The notes below the pieces were generated by a model. That model was not told where the DNA came from and did not search any database. It worked only from the letters and a program-made list of their open reading frames with translations. Both the position numbers and the translations under genes were made by a program. DNA of 64,000 bases from Macrostomum lignano (lineage: Eukaryota): NCBI GenBank assembly GCA_002269645.1, contig NIVC01000993.1, positions 95,532-159,531 of the forward strand, given 5' to 3'. Numbering within the stretch: position 1 is the first letter of the stretch; every line of letters begins with the position of its first letter. Below are positions 34,725-47,994 of the stretch, piece after piece.

Positions 34725-35810
34725 ATCCTTCAGTGACCTCTGTTGACCCCTCCCCTGCGATCCTTCAGTGACCTCTGTTGACCCCTCCCCTGCGATCCTT
34801 CAGTGACCTCTGTTGACCCCTCCCCTGCGATCCTTCAGTGACCTCTGTTGACCCCTCCCCTGCGATCCTTCAGTGACCTCTGTTGACCCCTCCCCTGCGA
34901 TCCTTCAGTGACCTCTGTTGACCCCTCCCCTGCGATCCTTCAGTGACCTCTGTTGACCCCTCCCCTGCGATCTTTCAGTGACCTCTGTTGACCCCTCCCC
35001 TGCGATCTTTCAGTGACCTCTGTTGACCCCTCCCCTGCGATCCTTCAGTGACCTCTGTTGACCCCTCCCCTGCGATCCTTCAGTGACCTCTGTTGACCCC
35101 TCCCCTGCGATCCTTCAGTGACCTCTGTTGACCCCTCCCCTGCGATCTTTCAGTGACCTCTGTTGACCCCTCCCCTGCGATCCTTCAGTGACCTCTGTTG
35201 ACCCCTCCCCTGCGATCCTTCAGTGACCTCTGTTGACCCCTCCCCTGCGATCTTTCAGTGACCTCTGTTGACCCCTTCCCTGTATCCTTCAGTGATCCCT
35301 CCCCTGTGATCCTTCAGTGACCCCTTCCCTGCGATCCTTCAGTGACCCCTCCCCTGTGATCCTTCAGTGACCCCTCCCTTGCGATCCTTCAGTGACCCCT
35401 CCCCTGTGATCCTTCAGTGACCCCTCCCTTGCGATCCTTCAGTGACCCCTCCCCTGCGATCCTTCAGTGACCCCTCCCCTGTGATCCTTCAGTGACCCCT
35501 CCCCTGTGATCCTTCAGTGACCCCTCCCCTGTGATCCTTTATTGACCCCTTCCCTGTGATCCTTCAGTGACCCCTCCCTTGTGATCCTTCCCTGTGATCC
35601 TTCAGTGACCCCTCCCCTGTGATCCCTCAGTGACCCCTCCCCTGTGATCCTTTATTGACCCCTCCCTTGTGATCCTTCCCTGTGATCCTTCAGTGACCCC
35701 TCCCCTGTGATCCTTCAGTGACCCCTCCCCTGTGATCCTTCAGTGATCCCTTCTATCCCATCCCCTGTGATCCTTCAGTGACCCCTTCTATCCCATCCCC
35801 TGTGATCCTT
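34725..35810 (+). repeat. Minisatellite changing from a 35-bp to a 25-bp unit
   Basis: GATCCTTCAGTGACCTCTGTTGACCCCTCCCCTGC up to ~35280, then GATCCTTCAGTGACCCCTCCCCTGT. Confidence 0.97.
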
Positions 35811-36649
35811 CTTTACTGTATTTAGTCCTTTTAAGTTGACTATTCCCCAAAACCAATACTACCTATACAATATCTGTCATATAAGCTTTCTGTACCATCA
35901 CTTTTTTATTTCTAAATTTTAACTAATTTCTTTTTTGTGAAGAAGCACTCTGTAATGTCTAGTTTATAAAATAACAATTAGATAGAGAAACCGCCATATT
36001 TAGCGCTGTGTTGTAGTACTAGTTAATGTAATTAATTTTATAATTAGTTTTTGTCTAGATTTTTATAACTATTATAATACAGCTCAAGTTAACACATAGC
36101 AAGCACCTCGATTTTGTCACGTTTTGCTCTCCGTTTCGCTTGACAATATTTCGCTATCTCTACTTATAGTAAGTAGAACGAGCGTTTGGATTTGTTTAAA
36201 TTAGCAAATATTGAAACTGCGAGTACATTTCTGTCTTGTGCACCATTTTTTGTCTAACACAACTACTACTTGGAATGAGTAGACGCTTAGGACATTGATG
36301 CTATTTTATATTTTCAATAGCTATCTCAACTGGCACGATGGCACGCCGTTGTTTTTTCTTCTATTATTTTGGCTTTCCTTGGTAATAAATTCTAACTGTA
36401 GTGGGTCTTTGTTTAAATGCGAACTTACACAATTACCGTTAGCAAAATCAATTGAAATGCTACTTCATACTCTTAGAATAGATAGATTATAAAATACAAG
36501 TTTGAAATTATAATAGTTTTCTTTAAAATAAATTTACATTTTTGTGTACTTTACTTTTAGAGGCTCTATCATATTTCTGCCTGGAAACTTGGTCACTAAT
36601 TTTTATTTGTTTTCGATCGCTGTTTGCTCTTGGTGCTGTGGATGCTGGT

Positions 36650-37150
36650 CTGTGTGAATATTGATGTTGCCGTGAATGCTGGTATATGTGAATATTGATG
36701 TTGCCGTGAATGCTGGTATATGTGAATATTGATGTTGCCGTGAATGCTGGTATATGTGAATATTGATGTTGCCGTGAATGCTGGTATGTGTGAATATTGA
36801 TGTTGCCGTGAATGCTGGTATGTGTGAATATTGATGTTGCCGTGAATGCTGGTATGTGTGAATATTGATGTTGCCGTGAATGCTGGTATGTGTGAATATT
36901 GATGTTGCCGTAAATGCTGGTATATGTGAATATTGATGGTGCTGTGAATGCTGGTATATGTGAATATTGATGTTGCCGTGAATGCTGGTATATGTGAATA
37001 TTGATGTTGCTGTGAATGCTTGTATGTGTGAATATTGATGGTGCAGTGAATGCTGGTATATGTGAATATTGATGGTGCTGTGAATGCTAGTATATGTGAA
37101 TATTTATGGTGCTGTGAATGCTAGTATATGTGAATATTTATGGTGCTGTG
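36650..37150 (+). repeat. 34-bp minisatellite upstream of TXNDC17
   Basis: (GTGAATATTGATGTTGCCGTGAATGCTGGTATRT)n. Confidence 0.97.
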
Positions 37151-37254
37151 AGCATTCACATAGGAACTGTGTGAACGTGTTGCGATTAATAGACAATAGG
37201 ATGTGTAACAGCCTAGCAACACTGCCGTTTTCTGCGCATCCCACGCGCCGAGTC

Positions 37255-38362
37255 ATGGTCCGCGAGATCCTGGTGAAGTCACTGGACGAATACCAGTCTA
37301 ACCTGGCCTCGCTCACTACAGACGAGAAGGTGAGTCGCATCTTCACCCTGTTCATGGCTGCCACCGACCCCAACACGGGCGACAGCTGGTGCCCGGACTG
37401 CCGAGCAGCCGAGCCGCTCATCGAGGAGGCGCTGGGCCAGCTGGAAAACCGAGACGATGTCGTGTTCTTCATCGTTGAGGTTGGAAACCGGCAGGCCTGG
37501 TCCGATGGGGACAATGTATTCAGGCACCTAGCTGACCAGTGCGTCACTGGCCTGCCCACTCTGGTTGAGGTCAAGACGGTGAGTCACCATCTCCGACCTC
37601 TTTATACTGGATTCCATTCTCAAAGCCTCATCCACAAATCCCCATCCTCAAATCCCGTCTCTAAATCCCCATGCACAAATCCCCATCCTCAAATCCCCAT
37701 TCTCGAATCCCCATTCACAAATCCCCATATTCAAATCCCCATTCTCAAATCCCCATTCCCAAATCCCCATCTACAAATCCCCATCCTCAAATCCCCATTC
37801 TCGAATCCCCATTCACAAATACCCATACTAAAATCCCCATTCCCAAACCCCCATTCCCAAATCCCCATCCACAAATCCCAATCCCCAAATCCTCATTCAC
37901 AAATACCATACATAAGTCCCCGTCCCCAAATCCCATCCACAAATCCCAATTCACAAATCCCCATCCCCAAATCCCCTTCCTCAAATCCCCATCCACAAAT
38001 CCCAATCCCCAAATCCCCATCCACAAATCCCTATTCACAAATCCCCATCCCCAAATCCCCATTCCCAAATCCCCATCCACAAATCCCCTTCCTCAAATCC
38101 CCATCCACAAATCCCCATCCACAAATCCCAATCCCCAAATCCCCATTCACAAATACCATGAACAAGTCCCCGTCCCCAAATCCCATCCACAAATCCCAAT
38201 TCACAAATCCCCATCCCCAAATCCCCATCCACAAGTCCCCATCCACAAATCCCCATCTCTAAACGCCACTTCCCACTTTTTGGGTCCTATTTGCAGCAAG
38301 CCCGCCTCAATCAAACGGAGTGCCAGGTGAAGGACAAGGTGATGCAATTCTTTGCCTGCTGA
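37255..38362 (+). CDS. TXNDC17: Thioredoxin domain-containing protein 17 (TRP14), 129 aa, 2 exons
   Basis: Exons 37255-37578 and 38297-38362 (phase 0). Motifs GDSWCPDC, VEVGNRQAW, GLPTL. AATAAA at ~38415. Confidence 0.92.
37620..38260 (+). repeat. C-rich degenerate repeat (CAAATCCCCATYC)n filling the TXNDC17 intron
   Basis: ~13-14-bp units; the minus strand has many GGGG runs. Confidence 0.95.
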
Positions 38363-39219
38363 GCTGATGGCGTCTTGAAATTGTTCTGCTTACAGGATAC
38401 GATGCTTGATACAATAAATAGACGATTGTTTTTCTTGTCATCGGTCAAAGGTGTTTAGTCATCATTTTATGAAGCGAAAGGCAGTTAGAATATTATGCAG
38501 CAGAATCTGTATTTGCGAGTTAAACTGATTTTCACTGGTACTAATATTTACAGCACTTGAGTTAATATTATTAAATGTACTTTTACTGTCGAACTGCATG
38601 TCAGTGTCAACCTGGCTTTACTCTGGTTTGGTGCACTTTCAGGGTTAATCTTGTCGTTAGATTATTGCGATTACGTAATAATGTGTTAGATTGGTCTAGT
38701 CATAGCTGTACTGCGCTAATTCATTCCTTGTGTGTAATTCTCCTTTGTCTCTCTGGTGCCCAAGCCGTACGCTATCTAACGCTATACTACTTACACTTTT
38801 ATTATTAAGTTAGTAGTCAGATGCGACTATTGTGATGATTTTATAAACCCAACTGATCCTCTGTCATTTTTACACGGCAATTTTCTTTTGTCTCGCTGAA
38901 GTTTTAACCCCAGCCTGATGTGTTATGATTTAAGTAATATTATTAACCTAATTATTATCCAATTGTTGCCAATATGAACATAGATTATGGATTTACCGTT
39001 CTGGTGGCTTGATTTTCTTACCGCACTATTTATAATTTAATGTGTTTCATTTTTTTGTTAGAATTTGAATAACAATAATATTGAATTTTGATTTGTTCTT
39101 CCACATCGAGTCAAATATACATATTCATTTTCGTTATATAATAACCTGAAGCTCTGCACTGACGAAATCTTTATATGAATTTCGTTTCTTTAGTTTCTTT
39201 CTTTCAAAAGTGTGTCTAA

Positions 39220-39925
39220 ATACGCCACCGACAGCATTTTTATGGCGCCATTGACAGGATCATTAAGACACCATTGACAGCACCTTCAAGACGCCGCCAA
39301 CAGACAACACCTTTAAGACGCCACCAAAAGCACCTTAAAAACGCCATTGACAACATTTTTAAGACGCCATTGACAGCACTCTTAGGACGCCACCAACAGC
39401 ACTCTTAAGACGCCACCAACAGCAATCTTAAGACGCCACCAACAGCAATCTTAAGACGCCGCCAACAGCAATCTTAAGACGCCACCAACAGCACTCTTAA
39501 GACGCCACCAACAGCACTCTTAAGACGCCGCCAACAGCAATCTTAAGACGCCACCAACAGCACTCTTAAGACGCCACCAACAGCACTCTTAAGACGCCAC
39601 CAACAGCACTCTTAAGACGCCACCAACAGCACTCTTAAGACGCCGCCAACAGCGCTCTTAAGACGCCACTAACAGTACCCTTAAGATGCCACCAACAGCA
39701 CCCTTGAGACGCCACCAAAAGCACCCTTGAGACGCCACAACAGCACCCTTGAGACGCCACCAACAGCACTCTTAAGACGCCACCAACAGCACCCTTGAGA
39801 CGCCACCAACAGCACCCTTGAGACGCCACCAACAGCAATCTTAAGATGCCACCAACAGCACCCTTGAGACGCCACCAACGGCACCCTTAAGACGCCACCA
39901 ACAGCACCTTTAAGACGCCACTGAC
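39220..39925 (+). repeat. 23-bp minisatellite
   Basis: (TTAAGACGCCACCAACAGCACTC)n. Confidence 0.97.
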
Positions 39926-40692
39926 AACACTCAAGACTTTCATCAACGCCCATAAAGGCGGCACCAACAAACGAAGCCCTTAAAGTCGACAGCCAATCTC
40001 GTTTTAAACGAATCTTCAAGCAGAGACTAATAAGTCGCTGGCATCGTAGCCCGAGGCTCATACCAACGCTGCTGCAGCATACTGAGTACACAGGCCCAGC
40101 AACCACAGCTATATTTCAGTCCGAGCTAAGTGGCGGTGCGTCTTATATAAAATTTATTACAATGGAATTATAATAAATTTGCAATTTGGATTGTATGCCG
40201 CGAGTACGCCTTTGCCATTAGCAAAAATAGATGAGATTGAAACTTCAAAGACTGTCGTATTGTATTGTTATTGCTGCTCGAGCTCGATCCATGCTTCTCA
40301 AGGGACCGAGCGAGAATATACAACTCGGTCATAAAACTGTCTCTTATGCGCGCCGAGAGAAAGGAGCTGTTAAGAGGCTCTGGCCGCCGCCTCACCCTCG
40401 TAACGGCTGGCTGTCCCAGGTGTGAAGAATGATATTATAAGACTACGTAATAATATGGATATGATAGATCGTAAATGCATTTTAAAGCAGGCCGCAACAT
40501 GGATTGAGGCTTGAGTTCTGTGTGTTGCGCGATCTCTTCTCTGAAGCTTTGGTGGCGTTTTCGCAGGATTTTCAAACCGTTCACTCACTCTAAGAGGAGG
40601 TTTGATCACTCTCGAGGGTTACTTTCACTCTCTCTAAAGGTAACTGTCACTCTCAAAGGTCACTTTCACGCCCTCAAGATACTCTCTTTATT

Positions 40693-41048
40693 TTTTTATT
40701 AGATGCAGGGGGTTGTGTGCACCCTGGCGCACTTTAAACGACATAGCACAACCGGCGAGAGGCATTACTGCCCATTCCGCCGACTCCCCTGAGCAGGCAT
40801 ACAAGCGCGCCGACACGTACGCAGGCACACACTCACACAGGAGTGTACAGCGGCCCTAACTTTATATTATCGTTAGGCATGTACACTTCACTGCGCCTTG
40901 GGGGTTGGCTCTCAAGGCCGTAAATTGCACGAGCAGAGCCAAGCCGAGATTCCAATTCAGCCCCAAATTAATGCGACTGCACTTGGAATCGAGGCCTGGG
41001 TCGCTTGGCACACCAGAGCAGCTGCGCTACCGCTGGGCTACGGCCCCC
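40693..41048 (-). mobile_element. SINE family B copy 2 (most complete), inserted into a degenerate TCACTCTC-containing repeat
   Basis: The reverse complement matches 22000-22287. Head GGGGCCGTAGCCCAGCGG...CCTCGATTCC, tail CTAATAAAAAAA. Confidence 0.85.
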
Positions 41049-41817
41049 TAAAGGTACTCTCACTCTCGAATGTTACTAATTCACTCCCTCTAAGGGTGCT
41101 GGGTACTGTCACTCTTGAAGGTTACTTTCACTCCCTCTAAGTAGGGTACCACTGTTCATCAATGGTACTGCTATTAGGGAGAGTGATAGTACGCTTTACT
41201 CTCTAATAGGGTTTCTGGCACTTCTAATAGGAGTTCTGTCACTCTTCTAAGTGTACCACATACACGAAGGTGTCTGTAATACTCCTCCATAAAAATGCAC
41301 ATCTATAGAGACACCTCCGCATTTTGCGTCTTAATAATTCACCTTTTTTATATTCTTCCATCTATAGCCATTCTTCTCTATGTCTGATATATGACCAGCT
41401 GTCACAGAAAAAACTGGACCTTCTCATTCTTCTTCCGAAATGCAAATAGCGGTATCTCTTTAATCTTATACTCTGACTCCGAGAGTGAATATTAATTCAA
41501 GACAAATACACTGTATGAGATATGGAAATATCAAAGCGGCCGCACTGAAGGGTAGGTACCCTGATAATTTCATTGGTTGGTTTTCTATTAATATTTTGCG
41601 AGAACTATAGTCTAGTGTGCTACAAAAATATGCTTTTTAACCATTATTGAGTACAGTACGCATGGACGCTGCAGTGGCTGCAATACAAAATGAGAAACTG
41701 CTTTATTGTTATTAAGGGAGGGGTGGCAGCTTTGGTAAGGAGGAACAGGGACCTACTTACTCTAGACAGACTTGGCGTCTTGGAATCTCAGCTTGTCTTT
41801 TAGTTTCATGTAACTGG

Positions 41818-43472
41818 CAGGGGCGTCGCCATGGATTTTATTGTGGGGGGGGGGTGGGGGACAAGGCCAAGAATTCTACATGCACATGACTAAATTCCTA
41901 CATGTACATTATTTTCAGAATCGGTGTTGTCAGTGCTCATTTTAGCACCGCATGCACTCATTTTGGCGCCGCATGCACTTATTTTAGCACGCATGCACTT
42001 ATTTTAGCGCCGCATGCACTTATTTTAGCACCGCATGCACTTATTTTAGCACCGCATGCACTTATTTTAGCACCGCATGCACTTATTTTAGCACCGCATG
42101 CACTTACGAGCTATTTTGGCGCCGCATGCACTCATTTTAGCGCCGCAGGCACTCATTTTGACGCCGCAGGCACTCATTTTAGCGCCGTAGGCACTCATTT
42201 AGACGCCGCAGGCACTCATTTTAGCGCCGTAGGCACTCAATTTGGCGCCGCAGGCACTCATTTTAGCGCCGCAGGCACTCATTTTAGCGCCGCAGGCACT
42301 CATTTTGGCGCCGCAGGCACTCATTTTGGCGCCGCAGGCACTCATTTTAGCGCCGCAGGCTTTTATTTAGCGCCGCAGGCACTCATTTTAGCGCCGCAGG
42401 CACTCATTTTAGCGCCGTAGGCACTCAATTTGGCGCCGCAGGCACTCATTTAAACGCCGCAGGCACTCATTTTGGCGCCGCAGGCTTTTATTTAGCGCCG
42501 CAGGCACTCATTTTAGCGCCGCAGGCACTCACTTTAGCGCCGTAGGCACTCAATTTGGCGCCGCAGGCACTCATTTTAGCGCCGCAGGCACTCATTTTGG
42601 CGCCGCAGGCACTCATTTTAGCGCCGCAGGCACTCATTTTAGCGCCGCAGGCACTCATTTTGGCGCCGCAGGCACTCATTTTAGCGCCGCAGGCACTCAT
42701 TTTGGCGCCGCAGGCACTCATTTTAGCACCGCAGGCACTCATTTTGGCGCCGCAGGCACTCATTTTAGCGCCGCAGGCACTCATTTTAGCGCCGCAGGCT
42801 TTTATTTAGCGCCGCAGGCACTCATTTTGGCGCCGCATGCACTTATTTTAGCACCGCATGCACTTACGAACTATTTTGGCGCCGCATGCACTCATATTAG
42901 CGCCGTAGGCACTCAATTTGGCGCCGCAGGCACTCATTTTAGCGCCGTAGGCACTCAATTTGGCGCCGCAGGCACTCATTTTAGCGCCGCAGGCACTCAT
43001 TTTAGCACCGCAGGCACTCATTTTGGCGCCGCAGGCACTCATTTTAGCGCCGCAGGCACTCATTTTAGCGCCGCAGGCTTTTATTTAGCGCCGCAGGCAC
43101 TCATTTTGGCGCCGCATGCACTTATTTTAGCACCGCATGCACTTACGAACTATTTTGGCGCCGCATGCACTCATATTAGCGCCGTAGGCACTCAATTTGG
43201 CGCCGCAGGCACTCATTTTAGCGCCGTAGGCACTCAATTTGGCGCCGCAGGCACTCATTTTAGCGCCGCAGGCACTCATTTTAGCGCCGCAGGCACTCAT
43301 TTTGGCGCCGCAGGCACTCATTTTAGCGCCGCAGGCTTTTATTTAGCGCCGCAGGCACTCATTTTGGTGCCACAGGGGGCTATTTTTGTCACTCTGCAGC
43401 AAAATTATTGATTTCCATAAAGGGTCACAAGGTGGGGTGGGGTGACATGTCCCCCTGTTCCCGACGCCCCTG
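41818..43472. mobile_element. hAT-type MITE (1655 bp) whose interior is a 21-bp minisatellite
   Basis: Perfect 11-bp TIR CAGGGGCGTCG (41818-41828, 43462-43472). 8-bp TSD GTAACTGG / ATAACTGG (7 of 8 match). Confidence 0.85.
41930..43380 (+). repeat. 21-bp minisatellite inside the MITE
   Basis: (TTAGCGCCGCAGGCACTCATT)n with repeated higher-order blocks of variants. Confidence 0.98.
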
Positions 43473-43624
43473 ATAACTGGTCAAACCTGTTTTTCATATG
43501 CATTTACTGCTGAATTTAAGCTTGGAATATGGCACTATTATCAATGTATTGTTGCAAATACGAGTGAGTCTAGTGACGGAGCTACAGGAGGTGCGAGGGA
43601 GAGATTGTACGGTCGTTGTTAATA

Positions 43625-44320
43625 GATCTGAGGTCTGAAAGTGGAGAAGAGAGGAGTGAGAGGAGAAACTGGGGAGAGAGTGGAGACAAGAAAAAAAATG
43701 AAGCTTAAGAGATGAGAGAGGGGAGTGGAGAGAGGAAGTGAGAAAGGAGGGAGCGGAAAGAGGAGGGAGGAGGGAATTGAGAGAGGAGAAAGGAGAGAGG
43801 AGAGAGAGATCATTCCCTCATAAGAAATGAGGGAGGAGAGAGAGGAGGGAGGAGAGAGAAGATGAGAAATGAGGGAGGAGAGAGAGGAGGGAGGGGAGAG
43901 AGGAGATGAGAAAGGAGGGAGAGAGAGAGGAGGGAGGAGAGAGAAGATGAGAAAGGAGGGAGGAGAGAGAGGAGGGAGGAGAGAGAAGAGGGAGAGAGAG
44001 GAGGGAGGAGAGAGAGGAGGGAGGAGAGAGGAGGGAGGAGAGAGAGGAGGGAGAGAGAGGAGGGAGAGAGAGAGGAGGGAGAGAGAGGAGGGAGGAGAGA
44101 GAGGAGGGAGGAGAGAGAGGAGGGAGAGAGAGGAGGGAGGAGAGAGAGGAGGGAGAGAGAGAGGAGAGGAGAAAGGAGAGAGGAGATGAGAAAGGGGGAG
44201 GAGAGAGAGGAGGGAGGAGAGAGGAGAGAGGAGTGAGGAGAGAAGAGAGGAAGCAGGAAAGAGAAGAAAGGTGAGGAGGAGAGGAGATATGGTAGAGTGG
44301 AGAGAAGAGAGAAGAGTACT
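43625..44320 (+). repeat. GA-rich polypurine tract
   Basis: GAGGAGGGAGGAGAGA-type units. Confidence 0.95.
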
Positions 44321-44854
44321 GAGATACTTAAAAAGAAAGAAATAAAGTTTAATTAAAAGAGTGAAAGATATAAAACTGATCAGGGCAACAGCTTCAGAAC
44401 AAATGTGTTAATTGCAGCGAAATCTGATTATTATTCTGTTCCCTGACCTAGAAAAGATTGAGGAATCCAGGGTACGGGAATTTCGTGATTCAACAGCAAT
44501 GAAAGTTTGCCCGCTTATGCGATATCCGGCACGTACCCAGCAGGCGGGGCTGCACCTGCATAAGTCCTTAATTACTTTGTTGCAGTTCCGTATCGAACTG
44601 AAACTGGGACAAATTGTTTTGACTTGCCAACCCCACTGGCACGCTTTAAATTCAATTGATTCGTCCCTGACTCCCTGTCTTAATTATTATCCCATATTTT
44701 CTCCAACCAGCAGATTCCCCTATTATTGAACTCTTACCAAATCCCATAAAACTCAACTCTGCTCATTGCTTTGCAATAAATCATGGACTTCTGAGCGGAA
44801 AATCTGGACTGGACTAGCTGCTGCGTGACCTAGGTTCTTTAACTTCTTTAGAAC

Positions 44855-45570
44855 CTGTTCTAGGCTGTTCTAGGCTGTTCTAGGCTGTTCTAGGCTGTTC
44901 TAGGCTGTTCTAGGCTGTTCTAGGCTGTTCTAGGCTGTTCTAGGCTGTTCTAGGCTGTTCTAGGCTGTTCTAGGCTGTTCTAGGCTGTTCTAGGCTGTTC
45001 TAGGCTGTTCTAGGCTGTTCTAGGCTGTTCTAGGCTGTTCTAGGCTGTTCTAGGCTGTTCTAGGCTGTTCTAGGCTGTTCTAGGCTGTTCTAGGCTGTTC
45101 TAGGCTGTTCTAGGCTGTTCTAGGCTGTTCTAGGCTGTTCTAGGCTGTTCTTAGGCGCCACTCTAGGCGCCGTTTCTAGGCGCCGTTCTAGGCGCCACTC
45201 TAGACGCTATTCTAGGCGCCATTCTAGGTGCTATTCTAGGCGCCGTTCTAGACGCTATTCTAGGCGCCATTCTAGGTGCTATTCTAGGCGCCGTTCTAGG
45301 TGCCGTTCTAGGCGCCATTCTAGACGCTATTCTAGGCGCCATTCTAGGTGTTATTCTAGGCGCCGTTCTAGGCGCCGTTCTAGGCGCCGTTCTAGGCGCC
45401 GTTCTAGGCGCCGTTCTAGGCGCCGTTCTAGGCGCCGTTCTAGGCGCCGTTCTAGGCGCCGTTCTAGGCGCCGTTCTAGGTGCTATTCTAGGCGCAGTTC
45501 TAGGTGCCGTTCTAGGCGCCGTTCTATGTGCTCTTCTAGGCGCCGTTCTACACGTATTCTAGGCGCCGCC
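44855..45570 (+). repeat. Compound satellite: (TTCTAGGCTG)n then (TTCTAGGCGCCG)n
   Basis: 10-bp unit to ~45150, then a 12-bp unit. Confidence 0.97.
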
Positions 45571-46074
45571 TAAGCACCCACAATGACTTACCTGCTTTTT
45601 CCAGTTTCTTAGTATCCATGACCATTTACTATGTTTTGCGGTCCTTAAACTGAAATAAACGCAGAGTTGGCCAACTGACTTTTGGATTGAGACCACCCAG
45701 CCTAAGTCTCTGGCGTTTCTGTATCGAGCAGTGCCCCTCTAATTTACGAGTATATTTATGCCATATGCAATTTCTCAATGGCAGTTTTATTAGCATTCTG
45801 AATGTCCCTCATGTGTGCTAAACTGTAAATACCCCTGCAGTAACAGAGCGTTTGTTTAGCAGTAAATAATAATCCAATATTGACTATCAACATGAGGGCG
45901 CCCAGGCTTCAGTTGCTGACTATAGAAATCTCTGATAAAATGAGCAACAGGGTTACTATCGGCTCTGCGGACCGTGCTGGTCTACTTTTTAATTGGAGCA
46001 CGTGTGAACCTGCTAGCGGATGGGAATCCATTATTCAGCTGGTTCCACTGTCAGATCTGTTTTTGGAATACTTA

Positions 46075-47400
46075 ACTCTCAATCTCACTCTCACTCTCAC
46101 TCTCAGTTTCCCTTTCAATCTCACTCTCACCCTCACTCTCAGTTTCCCTCTCAATCTCACTCTCACTCTCTCTCAATCTCACTCTCACTCTCAGTTTCCC
46201 TTTCAATCTCACTCTCACTCTCACTCTCAGTTTCCCTTTCAATCTCATTCCCACTCTCACTCTCTCTCAATCTCACTCTCACTCTCACTCTCAGTTTCCC
46301 TCTTAATCTCACTCTCACTCTCACTCTCAGTTTCCCTCTCAATCTCACTCTCACTCTCACTCTTAGTTTCCCTCTCAATCTCACTATCACTCTCACTCTC
46401 AGTTTCCCTCTCAATCTCACTCTCACTCTCACTCTCAGTTTCCCTTTCAATCTCACTCCCACTCTCACTCTCTCTCAATCTCACTCTCACTCTCTATCCA
46501 TCTCAATCTCACTCTCACTCTCAGTTTCCCTTTCAATCTCACTCCCACTCTCACTCTTAGTTTCCCTCTCAATCTCACTCTCACTCTCTCTCAATCTCAC
46601 TCTCACTCTCTCTCTCAGTTTCCCTCTCAATCTCACTCTCACTCTCACTCTCAGTTTCCCTCTCAATCTCACTCTCACTCACTCTCAGTTTCCCTCTCAA
46701 TCTCACTCTCACTCTCACTCTCAGTTTCCCTCTCAATCTCACTCTCACTCTCACTCTCAGTTTCCCTCTCAATCTCACTCTCACTCACTCTCAGTTTCCC
46801 TCTCAATCTCACTCTCACTCTCACTCTTAGTTTCCCTCTCAATCTCACTATCACTCTCACTCTCAGTTTCCCTCTCAATCTCACTCTCACTCTCACTCTC
46901 AGTTTCCCTTTCAATCTCACTCCCACTCTCACTCTCTCTCAATCTCACTCTCACTCTCTATCCATCTCAATCTCACTCTCACTCTCAGTTTCCCTTTCAA
47001 TCTCACTCCCACTCTCACTCTCTTTCAATCTCACTCTCACTCTCACTCTTAGTTTCCCTCTCAATCTCACTCTCACTCTCACTCTCTCTCAATCTCACTC
47101 TCACTCTCTCTCTCCATCTCAATCTCACTCTCACTCTCAGTTTCCCTCTCAATCTCACTCTCACTCTCACTCTCAGTTTCCCTCTCAATCTCACTCTCAC
47201 TCACTCTCAGTTTCCCTCTCAATCTCACTCTCACTCTCACTCTCACTCTCTCTCACTCTCACTCTCACTTTAAATCTCACTCTCATTATCTCATTCTCAC
47301 TCACTCTCTCAATCTGAATCTCACTGCCACTGTCACTGTCACCCTCTCATTATCTCACTCTCACCTTCTCAATCCCACTCTGACCTCTAATCTCGCTCAC
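46075..47400 (+). repeat. CTCACT-based pyrimidine-rich satellite
   Basis: TCAGTTTCCCTCTCAAT(CTCACT)n units. Confidence 0.97.
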
Positions 47401-47994
47401 TTGTGACATCTCTTCTCTCAAATATAAAATTGTATTTCTATTTTCGTTTCAATTTTCAGTTGCCTGGAGTGGTTCTCAATCTACTATTCCAATATAGTAT
47501 GCACTTAGAATATTTGATTATCACAAAAACATCAGTAAAACATTGCGCCTTATTATCCTTTATAGTTTATACCATTTACCACTATTTTCTTTATAATCTG
47601 ATATTTCCATTTAAACTATTCCCGCTGACGGCTAAGCGCGTGAGCAATGATGTTACCATATTTATAGAGAAACAGGAGCCCTAATCTACCCAGGCAATTG
47701 TTTATCTTAACCAGCGGGAGAACGCAACAGGTGCGATACATGCAAGCACAGTCTTGGCCATAGACTATAGCGTCAGAACAGCGGGTGAGGATCGACTCAA
47801 CGCTGGCGGTGACATGGTGCCAGAGAAATGAAAACAATAATTGTCAATAGGCAAGGCGCCAGTACACCTTGATGTCACACTGCCAAACCATGCGGGTTTG
47901 AAGCGGATGAAAGAGAAAAGTCTGATGGGCTTCTAATTCTGCTTTTCAAAATAAGGTACGTCCGTCAGGTAAGAAATGTGATGTAAGCATTAAA

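Noticed and set aside
37084-38262. 392-aa ORF as a single protein
   Set aside because: It is TXNDC17 exon 1 reading through the GTGAGT donor into an intronic repeat; the real start is 37255.
39930-40610. Short GC-richer ORFs (39681, 40168, 40370) and other candidates at 44412 and 51963 as exons of a hidden gene
   Set aside because: No consistent splice chain or recognisable domain could be built.
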